From positions 64,001 through 128,000 of IMG/VR virus record IMGVR_UViG_2974786931_000001: a stretch of DNA of 64,000 nt, one strand, 5' to 3'. The notes under the pieces were generated by a model. It saw only the letters and a list, made by a program, of their open reading frames with translations, made no database searches and was not told the DNA's origin. The stretch is from a virus (Duplodnaviria; Caudoviricetes). Position 1 is the stretch's first letter. The number at the start of each line of letters is the position of its first letter. This document shows positions 8,526-14,817 of the stretch, piece by piece. Position numbers and translations under genes: made by a program.

Positions 8526-8543
8526 AGGGCTCCGAAGAGCCCT
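8526..8543 (-). other. UUCG hairpin after e.6 (no U-tract on the sense strand)
   Basis: AGGGCTC-TTCG-GAGCCCT. Confidence 0.6.
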
Positions 8544-8550
8544 TTCTTAA

Positions 8551-9150
8551 TTATTTCAGGCTATTGATATAATCAGTAACATCAGCGCTTGTAGTAGTCA
8601 TTGCTGGATCAGAACCGTTGAATGTATCAACACGCATCAAGATGGTATCAATATCAATCTTAGTCAATTCAGCCAGTTCAATAACACTTTCTGAAGTATC
8701 AAGACCCATTGAATTAGCGGCTTTAGATTCACGAATGAATTCAAGCTTAATTGCGATATCTTGTCGCTGTTCATCAAGTTCAACAACAGTTTGCGCAATT
8801 TGAGTCTGCATTTCTACTAACTTAACTGTTTTAGAACGAAGTGCTTCAGCCGTGCGACGATACAAAAGACCTAGTTTAGCATGAGTTACAACATTAGCAT
8901 CTTTATTATCTGCAAGTAGTGCACGGATTTCACGTTCTTTAGAAGCGCCTTGTTTATCTTTCTGATTGGCTAAATCTTCAAGACGAGTAATTTCAGATTT
9001 AGATGTAACATAACGTTGACGAAGAGATTTAATCTTATCAATCAACTGATTAGCCGCATCGGTGTATTGGTCTTCAACCGTAGTATTTTTTGATACAACG
9101 GTGCTGATTTTAGAGCGAACAAAATTCAAAACACTTTTAATAGTTTTCAT
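8551..9150 (-). CDS. e.6: E.6 homolog, PspA/IM30-like coiled-coil protein
   Basis: VEDQYTxAA, SKEREIRxLL, HAKLGLLYRRTAE and TTSADVxxYINSLK match T4 e.6. Confidence 0.88.
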   Translation of the reverse strand: MKTIKSVLNFVRSKISTVVSKNTTVEDQYTDAANQLIDKIKSLRQRYVTSKSEITRLEDLANQKDKQGASKEREIRALLADNKDANVVTHAKLGLLYRRTAEALRSKTVKLVEMQTQIAQTVVELDEQRQDIAIKLEFIRESKAANSMGLDTSESVIELAELTKIDIDTILMRVDTFNGSDPAMTTTSADVTDYINSLK

Positions 9151-9160
9151 AATTATTCCA

Positions 9161-9460
9161 TTATTTGTAAGTAGGTTTAGACATTTCTTTTAAGTCAATA
9201 ATCATATCGCCGATATCTTTAGAGCAAACATTGAATCTGACACAGATAGCTTGTGAGATATTGAATACTGTAAAATCAGACAAATCAAATGATAATGTTG
9301 TAGTGTGGATCCCTACAACAGATTCTAGAAGAAAAGTTGTCGTAGCAATATTATAACGAGCTATGATACTTTGCGGATTATTGCCGTTATCAATGATGTC
9401 GAATACAATACTATCAATGTGTTCTACGATTACGCTTTTAGTGGTTTTTTGAACTTTCAT
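9161..9460 (-). CDS. hypothetical protein
   Basis: SD GGAG; first gene after an early promoter. Confidence 0.75.
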   Translation of the reverse strand: MKVQKTTKSVIVEHIDSIVFDIIDNGNNPQSIIARYNIATTTFLLESVVGIHTTTLSFDLSDFTVFNISQAICVRFNVCSKDIGDMIIDLKEMSKPTYK

Positions 9461-9497
9461 TTTTATCTCCGTTTCTATCTGTTGTTTCGATAGGAGT

Positions 9498-9527
9498 ATA
9501 GTAACATGACTAAAAGTACTTGTACAT
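9498..9527 (-). promoter_or_regulatory. Early-type promoter for the e.6 to WxSS-paralog operon
   Basis: TGTACA-17 nt-TACTAT with an AT-rich upstream region. Confidence 0.7.
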
Positions 9528-9579
9528 ACTTTTATAAAAGAAAATATTTTAAATTAATTTCATTTATTTGCTTTAAAAA

Positions 9580-9609
9580 GTGTACATATGCTTTAAGGCA
9601 GAGTATAAT
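9580..9609 (+). promoter_or_regulatory. Divergent early-type promoter
   Basis: GTGTACA-17 nt-TATAAT. Confidence 0.7.
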
Positions 9610-9659
9610 ACTTCTATTGAAACAAAACATGAAAACAAAAACCTTAACGGAGTTATAAA

Positions 9660-9917
9660 ATGAAAACTGAATTATATCAAGTAATCAACGCAGAAACTAA
9701 AGTTAATTGTGAAGCTAAAAAAGCTAAATTAGTTCGTAAATTTCAGAAAAACTTCAACGAATATTGTGCTTTACATTGTAAACAACAAGATTTTGGTGGT
9801 TGGCAAGCTCAGTTTGGTATCTCTAACAATAAAGAAGAACTTCAAACTAAAATGGATGTTCTGGAAAAAGAAAATGAAATGGTTATGGTTGAACTTCTTA
9901 AGTGTGTAAATATGTAA
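9660..9917 (+). CDS. hypothetical protein, lone plus-strand gene in the early region
   Basis: SD GGAG, own promoter and terminator, phage-like codons (GAA/AAA/GCT). Confidence 0.8.
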   Translation: MKTELYQVINAETKVNCEAKKAKLVRKFQKNFNEYCALHCKQQDFGGWQAQFGISNNKEELQTKMDVLEKENEMVMVELLKCVNM

Positions 9918-9930
9918 GAATAAGAAACAA

Positions 9931-9958
9931 AAAAGCCACTTCAATTGAAGTGGCTTTT
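9931..9958. terminator. Bidirectional intrinsic terminator
   Basis: Perfect palindrome AAAAGCCACTTCAATTGAAGTGGCTTTT between convergent genes. Confidence 0.85.
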
Positions 9959-9963
9959 GGGTA

Positions 9964-10500
9964 TTATAGATTTTTATAGTGACGACCAACATCTCCGACA
10001 AATCCAATCGTTTGAGCTAAACGCCTATTATTATCTTCTGGAATAGCTGACATTTGAAGACCTTTAAGAACTGCGTAAAGATCTGGGGTCTTTCTGATAT
10101 GAACTTCAACACCAGCATTGGCAGAAGATACTTTAGCGTATAATGTAGCCGATAACTTATGAGCTTTATCATATGCAGTCTGTACATCGGCCCAGGCTTT
10201 TTCAAGAGCTTTTACTTCTGATGCAGTAATAGCTTCCTTTTTAACAACAGGCTTAGCAACTGGTTTAGCACTGCCTTTCTTAAAGATTTCGCCAGTAACA
10301 GCAAGTGATTTCCATGCATTGCTTACTTCACTTCCACGAAAACCTTCAGCTTTCATATCACGCGCAAATTGAAAACGTGATTCTTCAGTATTAGTGTATG
10401 AATACTTGCCTGCTTCTACAGCAGAAATAGCTGCAGCTTTAACATCTGATATACTAGCTTCACAAAAAAGCTCTTTTAAAAATTCGCTATATTCTAACAT
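9964..10500 (-). CDS. Putative internal head protein (two-domain)
   Basis: CTS-like MLEYSEFLKELFCE-A; K/P/A-rich linker; C-terminal TPDLY domain. Confidence 0.75.
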   Translation of the reverse strand: MLEYSEFLKELFCEASISDVKAAAISAVEAGKYSYTNTEESRFQFARDMKAEGFRGSEVSNAWKSLAVTGEIFKKGSAKPVAKPVVKKEAITASEVKALEKAWADVQTAYDKAHKLSATLYAKVSSANAGVEVHIRKTPDLYAVLKGLQMSAIPEDNNRRLAQTIGFVGDVGRHYKNL

Positions 10501-10509
10501 GTTTTGTCC

Positions 10510-11079
10510 TTATTTGCGAGATGCAGCATATTTCTTAGCGGCAGCTGGTAATTCATTTGCCGACTTAACCATATGATTAATTTCTTTATGCATTGGTTGA
10601 GTATATTTTAGAGATTCAATGGCTAGATATAAATTATACAAGTCAGGAGTTTCTAAGTTATTCATACGTTGCCCATTTCGTAACTTATCATATTCTCGGA
10701 CTAATTTAATAGTATCGCCTTCAATATCGTTAAGTAATGACGATAGTTGTTTATATTTTTTAACTAAAGAACTTGTATCGAAACTTAATGCAGGCGCTGG
10801 TTTAGGAGTTTCTACTTTTACTGGAGCTTTAACAGGTGCTTTGGTAGAAGTTGAACCAGCTAAATAAGTATCTAAATGAGCCTTATGCGCACTTATAGTC
10901 TTTTTATACATACTAGGAGCATACACGTTTATACCTAAAGTTTTATGTGCAGCATCTAAAAACTTAGACTCATTTGATAAATCTTTTTTGTCCATAGTAG
11001 AAAAAACTTTAAGCCAATCTGCTTTAGTTACAGCTTCAGAAATAAGCGATTCCTTTAAAAATTCATTGTATTGTAACAT
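10510..11079 (-). CDS. Putative internal head protein (two-domain), partial paralog of 9964-10500
   Basis: CTS-like MLQYNEFLKESLISE-A; KAPVKAPV linker; TPDLY domain; late promoter upstream. Confidence 0.75.
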   Translation of the reverse strand: MLQYNEFLKESLISEAVTKADWLKVFSTMDKKDLSNESKFLDAAHKTLGINVYAPSMYKKTISAHKAHLDTYLAGSTSTKAPVKAPVKVETPKPAPALSFDTSSLVKKYKQLSSLLNDIEGDTIKLVREYDKLRNGQRMNNLETPDLYNLYLAIESLKYTQPMHKEINHMVKSANELPAAAKKYAASRK

Positions 11080-11109
11080 ATGTGGTCCAATTATTAGTGT
11101 TGATAATTA

Positions 11110-11117
11110 TATTTATA
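11110..11117 (-). promoter_or_regulatory. Late promoter TATAAATA
   Basis: Exact gp55 consensus upstream of the internal-protein pair. Confidence 0.8.
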
Positions 11118-11131
11118 ATAGTTTACATGCC

Positions 11132-11154
11132 AAAAAGGAGACCGAAGTCTCCTT
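11132..11154 (-). terminator. Intrinsic terminator ending the tRNA-region transcript
   Basis: AAGGAGAC-TTCG-GTCTCC-TTTTT. Confidence 0.9.
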
Positions 11155-11164
11155 TAGAATCGAT

Positions 11165-11300
11165 ACATAAGTTATACACAACTCAAGTACATATTCAACA
11201 AAAAGAACTTAGGGTGTATCCCATCCTTTATGCCTTGCCACTGTATAGAGAAACCTATCCCAGAGGACTTCTAGTAGCGTACTCGAGTTATCTACTAGCC
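11165..11300 (-). ncRNA. Putative structured ncRNA with possible pseudoknot
   Basis: 7-bp hairpin whose loop is complementary over 11 nt to 11190-11180; non-coding on the sense strand. Confidence 0.5.
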
Positions 11301-11302
11301 TT

Positions 11303-11539
11303 TTATTTAGCTTTGCACATGAATTCTGCTACTTCGTCAAAATTATTATGAATATAGTATGTTTTAGGCCGAGTACTTTCATTAGGTTGTACAGTAATCT
11401 TTACAAGGCCAGATATATCTTCTACTAATCCTACTATAGCATTTGATCTAATAACCGCACGATTAATGTTAAGAATTTCGCCAGTGAAAAAAGCTTGGTT
11501 TTCAAGATCAATTTTAATTACAATACGTTCAGAAGACAT
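11303..11539 (-). CDS. hypothetical protein
   Basis: 78-aa ORF downstream of tRNA-Gly; SD GGA. Confidence 0.65.
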   Translation of the reverse strand: MSSERIVIKIDLENQAFFTGEILNINRAVIRSNAIVGLVEDISGLVKITVQPNESTRPKTYYIHNNFDEVAEFMCKAK

Positions 11540-11565
11540 TTTATTTCCGTTTATTGGGAAGAATT

Positions 11566-11641
11566 TGGAGCAGAGTATCGGATTCGAACCGATGTTTACT
11601 GGGTGGAAGTCAATAGTATTAAGCCACTATACGAACTCTGC
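11566..11641 (-). tRNA. tRNA-Gly(TCC)
   Basis: Cloverleaf GCAGAGT/ACTCTGC, TTCGAAT T-loop, loop CT-TCC-AC, U73, encoded CCA; A31.C39 mismatch. Confidence 0.9.
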
Positions 11642-11642
11642 G

Positions 11643-11801
11643 TTATTTGTTTTTAGATATTTCTATAGCAGCTAATTGTTTCTCTGCTTTCTTTTTAGAT
11701 GAATGAGTCCCTAGAACTTTAGAACCATCTTCGGTTTTAACTAAGAACTTATCTCCGCTTTTGACAATAATTTCATTTATGAATTCAATATATGTTTTCA
11801 T
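11643..11801 (-). CDS. 52-aa putative internal head protein (absent from the ORF track)
   Basis: SD GGAGGA; MKTYIEFINE-IIVKSGDKFLVKTEDGSKVLGTHSSKKKAEKQLAAIEISKNK. Confidence 0.85.
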   Translation of the reverse strand: MKTYIEFINEIIVKSGDKFLVKTEDGSKVLGTHSSKKKAEKQLAAIEISKNK

Positions 11802-11810
11802 ATATCCTCC

Positions 11811-11886
11811 GGGCAGCTGAATGAAGCCGAATTACCATCTAGAACTCATGAAACATGAGGGAAGAAGAATAATCCTAGACAGCCAC
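11811..11886 (-). ncRNA. Putative small structured RNA 3' of tRNA-Trp
   Basis: Nested stems GUGGCUG/CAGCUGC, UCUAGGA/UUCUAGA, CUCAUG/CAUGAG. Confidence 0.4.
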
Positions 11887-11891
11887 AATAT

Positions 11892-11966
11892 TGGCAGGCC
11901 TTGGGTGAATCGAACACCCGTCACTAGGTTTGGAGCCCAGCATAATCGCCACTATACTAAAGACCT
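11892..11966 (-). tRNA. tRNA-Trp(CCA)
   Basis: AGGTCTT/AAGGCCT acceptor stem, CTGGG-CTCCAAA-CCTAG anticodon arm, G73, CCA. Confidence 0.93.
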
Positions 11967-11972
11967 AAAATT

Positions 11973-12112
11973 TGAACAGTCCGCTTGGAGTCGAGCCAAG
12001 TTATATAAAAGTTGATGCTTCTATATATTTTTAGAAGGCCATATCCGTACAATATCCGAACGTTACATCAATAACGCTACTCGGTTTATTGCAAGGATAT
12101 TTCCTCGGACCG
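11973..12112 (-). ncRNA. rnaC: Homolog of T4 stable RNA species 1 (RNA C)
   Basis: CGAGGAAATATC..CCGAGTAGCGTT..AACGTTCGGATAT..GATATGGCCTT.TAAAAATAT matches T4 RNA C as recalled; acceptor-like stem CGGTCCG/CGGACTG and T-arm-like CTTGG-CTCGACT-CCAAG. Confidence 0.75.
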
Positions 12113-12118
12113 ATTGAT

Positions 12119-12361
12119 TTAAAACATTTCGAACCATCTATATTGTGTAACTGGTTGGTAATAACCATATGCAAAGTAAGATGCATTTTTATGACATGAA
12201 GCACAATTTATTTCGGCTTCAGCTAAATGGCTATCGACAGTTTCTTTAATTACACTATTAAATTCAGTGCATCCACAAAATACACACTTTATTGGTTCAT
12301 TACTTGTATTGTAATATTTATATTGAAAATATTTAAGCTTTATCTTTGATAATAGGCTCAT
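12119..12361 (-). CDS. hypothetical zinc-ribbon protein
   Basis: CVFC...CASC; conserved-looking YFAYGYY. Confidence 0.7.
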   Translation of the reverse strand: MSLLSKIKLKYFQYKYYNTSNEPIKCVFCGCTEFNSVIKETVDSHLAEAEINCASCHKNASYFAYGYYQPVTQYRWFEMF

Positions 12362-12884
12362 TATTCAGTACCCATTGTTCTTTAGAAGCCCAATAATCGC
12401 CATTAAATTCTTGTAGAATAGGAATTTCAGGGATAATTATATCTTCTTTAATATAAAGCACTTTAATTATATCTATAACTCGACAAAAATTATAGTCGTA
12501 GTCGACAGCACGGTCCAAGAATTTTACAATGGTATCCATAATGGTATCTTCAAATTCACCAAGGATTTTTGGTAAGAAACTACTAAAACATTCTTCTATA
12601 GTATTGCCAAGAATTTCTAGACCAAATTGAGTCTTAACAAATTCTTTAGTGAGAAGTCCTTTTTCAGTATATTCAAATAGACGTTCTAAGAATATATCAA
12701 TATCAAATTCTTTATTGCCTAAGTCACTTTGTGCATGAGAATACCATTGCAAAATTATAATCCACTGAGCAGCTTCTTCTCGTGTGAAGCCATAATTATA
12801 AAGAGTTTTATAATGGTCGGCATCGTTTTCCCAAGTAGTTGTTTGAATAACATAGCCAGCTTTAATCTTTTGCCCAAAATCCAT
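12333..12884 (-). CDS. hypothetical protein (tRNA-region family, TTWEND motif)
   Basis: SD GAGG; 183-aa ORF. Confidence 0.8.
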   Translation of the reverse strand: MDFGQKIKAGYVIQTTTWENDADHYKTLYNYGFTREEAAQWIIILQWYSHAQSDLGNKEFDIDIFLERLFEYTEKGLLTKEFVKTQFGLEILGNTIEECFSSFLPKILGEFEDTIMDTIVKFLDRAVDYDYNFCRVIDIIKVLYIKEDIIIPEIPILQEFNGDYWASKEQWVLNNEPIIKDKA

Positions 12885-12894
12885 GACAATATCC

Positions 12895-13230
12895 TCAGAA
12901 AAAGTACGTAGGTTTTACTTCTGTTATAGGAAAATATCGAGACATGTAATAATCTATATCATCGCCATTAATTCGAACTAATTTATTTTCACAAAGGTCT
13001 TGCATTAAATTAAAACTAATACATGTTTGCTCTTTAGTAGGAGACCGCAAAGTATAATTTTCAAGTTTAAAATTAGCTATAGCTTTATATCCATGGCGAG
13101 CCCATGAAGCTACAATAATATTTTGGTTATCAAGGTGCCATTGAACTAATTTAGTTGAATCATTTTTGTACTGTTTAATAATCAATTTATATAGAACAAA
13201 TAATAATATCAAACCTAAAATATAGACCAT
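12895..13230 (-). CDS. hypothetical membrane-anchored protein
   Basis: Start moved to MVYILGL after AAGGA; N-terminal hydrophobic helix. Confidence 0.75.
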   Translation of the reverse strand: MVYILGLILLFVLYKLIIKQYKNDSTKLVQWHLDNQNIIVASWARHGYKAIANFKLENYTLRSPTKEQTCISFNLMQDLCENKLVRINGDDIDYYMSRYFPITEVKPTYFF

Positions 13231-13248
13231 AATATTCCTTTCATAAAC

Positions 13249-13325
13249 TGGTGTCCCCAGCTGGAATCGAACCAGCAACCTACGGTTTAGAAGACCGTTG
13301 CTCTGTCCTGTTGAGCTATGAGGAC
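13249..13325 (-). tRNA. tRNA-Arg(TCT)
   Basis: GTCCTCA/TGGGGAC acceptor stem, ACGGT-CTTCTAA-ACCGT, TTCGATT, CCA. Confidence 0.95.
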
Positions 13326-13498
13326 TTAGAAATTGTATTCATTGTATAAGCTATACCTAAATCTATAACTATTACAATAGATATTAAAATTGTTTCGATA
13401 TGCGTAACTGCACCTACTGCATTAGCAATGATAAGACCTGTGCCGAGTGAAATACCTACAAAGCCAGCGATATCACGAATCAGTTCTGCAATTTTCAT
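13316..13498 (-). CDS. trna.4: tRNA.4-like two-TM membrane protein
   Basis: MKxxELIRxxA...MxxISK pattern and length as in T4 tRNA.4; last 10 nt overlap tRNA-Arg. Confidence 0.7.
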   Translation of the reverse strand: MKIAELIRDIAGFVGISLGTGLIIANAVGAVTHIETILISIVIVIDLGIAYTMNTISKSS

Positions 13499-13525
13499 TT
13501 TAATCTCCTTTGTTTTGATAGGTCT

Positions 13526-13555
13526 ATAATATCATAACTAAAGGAGTTGTAAACA
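13526..13555 (-). promoter_or_regulatory. Early promoter
   Basis: GTTTACAACTCCTTTAGTTATGATATTATAG. Confidence 0.75.
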
Positions 13556-13561
13556 CTTATT

Positions 13562-13638
13562 TGGTGACCCTTACTGGATTCGAACCAGTGACCTAACGAT
13601 TATGAGTCGCTCGCTCTACTCTTCTGAGCTAAAGGGCC
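13562..13638 (-). tRNA. tRNA with CAT anticodon, most likely Ile2 (lysidine-modified, reads AUA)
   Basis: GGCCCTT acceptor and GCGA-CTCATAA-TCG anticodon arm resemble enterobacterial ileX rather than tRNA-Met; A73, CCA. Confidence 0.85.
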
Positions 13639-13681
13639 TTTGTTTATGGAGCCATCTCAATTAAGATAGCTCGGTAAACAA

Positions 13682-14068
13682 TTAGAAACCAAATGCAACA
13701 CCAGCAGATCCAACGTTTCCATCAGTGGTGGATGCAAACGAAGTTTTGAATGCTACACGATCTAATGGAGCAAATGTAATGCCAACTGCAACTGCACTTT
13801 CGTTTTCAAATGATCCAAAAGCGGCACCAACACTTAGTGTTTGACCAGCGACAGCTGGAATAGAGCTCATGGCTGCAACACCTGCAACACCTGCATTAGC
13901 TTGTTTTTGAACACTATTAATTTTTGCTTGGTTAACATTAAAACGCGATTCAATAAACTCTACTTGATCTGGGTCAGAAAAAGGTGGTGGTTTAATAGGT
14001 AGAGCGCCCATTGATACGGAAGCGAAACACAGTGCGACTACACCTACAATCATTTTGTTCATTTTCAT
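13682..14068 (-). CDS. Minimal trimeric autotransporter (signal peptide, short stalk, YadA-type anchor)
   Basis: ANAGVAGVAAMSSIP...SVGAAFGSFENESAVAVG...SAGVAFGF (C-terminal F) fits the YadA anchor signature. Confidence 0.85.
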   Translation of the reverse strand: MKMNKMIVGVVALCFASVSMGALPIKPPPFSDPDQVEFIESRFNVNQAKINSVQKQANAGVAGVAAMSSIPAVAGQTLSVGAAFGSFENESAVAVGITFAPLDRVAFKTSFASTTDGNVGSAGVAFGF

Positions 14069-14103
14069 TTATTTGTTCTCTTGTCAATTGAGTAATTATT
14101 ATA

Positions 14104-14556
14104 TTACAGTTTAGTTTGAAGCATATTGCGTAAACGATACAGCTGATTGCAAAATTCACGCTCGGTTAAAACAGTTTCATTTATTTTACTACGTCCCATT
14201 GAATGTGTCAATGTAGCTTTTTGAGTAGCTAATAATGCATTTTGGAAAGATTTATTTTCACCTAGTGCATCATAGGCTTTAGTTAAAACATTTTGGTACA
14301 TCTCAGAAGAACGTTGCATAGGAACGCCTTTCCACCATAATGTTTGGTCTCTAAACCATTTCTTTTTCTTGCCTTTAAATTTAGCAGCTTTACCTACTAA
14401 TGTACAGACATGTTCTTGCATTTCTACACTACTAAATTTTAAGGATTGTAAAAATCCTTCCATTGATGCACAAAAGACTCCATCCATAACAAATGGGTGA
14501 GGAGAAAAATTGCTCAATGCACAACTAGGGTATGAATTACCTGAACCGATATCCAT
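14104..14556 (-). CDS. gp30.3-like / NADAR-superfamily protein
   Basis: YPSCALSNFSPHPFVMDGV..ASMEGFLQSLKF and LTHSMG..TVLTEREF typical of the phage 30.3 family. Confidence 0.8.
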   Translation of the reverse strand: MDIGSGNSYPSCALSNFSPHPFVMDGVFCASMEGFLQSLKFSSVEMQEHVCTLVGKAAKFKGKKKKWFRDQTLWWKGVPMQRSSEMYQNVLTKAYDALGENKSFQNALLATQKATLTHSMGRSKINETVLTEREFCNQLYRLRNMLQTKL

Positions 14557-14750
14557 TATTTACCTGTCCAAAGAACTTGCATTACACCTTGAAGACCATT
14601 TGACCAATCTAAGTCAACTATGATAAACCAGGCTTTTACAATGATGTAGCCATATGCAGCTGACATCGTTAACATTATAATAATAACACTTATAATGATG
14701 GTCCAAACAATTGTGCTTAAAATATTGAAACGTTTTTTGTGCTGGTTCAT
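14556..14750 (-). CDS. small membrane protein
   Basis: Start moved to MNQHKKRF after GAGGAG; long hydrophobic segment. Confidence 0.7.
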   Translation of the reverse strand: MNQHKKRFNILSTIVWTIIISVIIIMLTMSAAYGYIIVKAWFIIVDLDWSNGLQGVMQVLWTGK

Positions 14751-14757
14751 TATATAC

Positions 14758-14808
14758 TCCTCACTTGTCAATGAAATGATACTAACACAGACAAATGAGG
14801 ATGTAAAC
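14758..14808 (-). promoter_or_regulatory. Early promoter with an inverted repeat bracketing the -10 box
   Basis: GTTTACA...TAGTATCAT; IR 14758-14769/14790-14801 (11 of 12 match). Confidence 0.7.
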
Positions 14809-14817
14809 ACCTTTGAT

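Noticed and set aside
9588-9595. MotA-box-like ATGCTTTA in the plus-strand promoter
   Set aside because: Spacing to TATAAT is about 4 nt shorter than in the uvsY middle promoter; the early-type reading fits better.
11082-12015. Plus-strand ORFs 11082-11351, 11466-11675 and 11821-12015
   Set aside because: They are antisense to tRNAs, ncRNAs and a terminator, with no recognisable protein features.
13231-13278. Upstream start for ORF 12895-13278
   Set aside because: It lies inside tRNA-Arg; the SD supports 13230.
13562-13638. Calling the CAT tRNA a tRNA-Met
   Set aside because: Acceptor and anticodon arms resemble Ile2 tRNAs, and it lacks initiator features (no C1.A72 mismatch, no three G-C pairs in the anticodon stem). 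Not proven without modification data.
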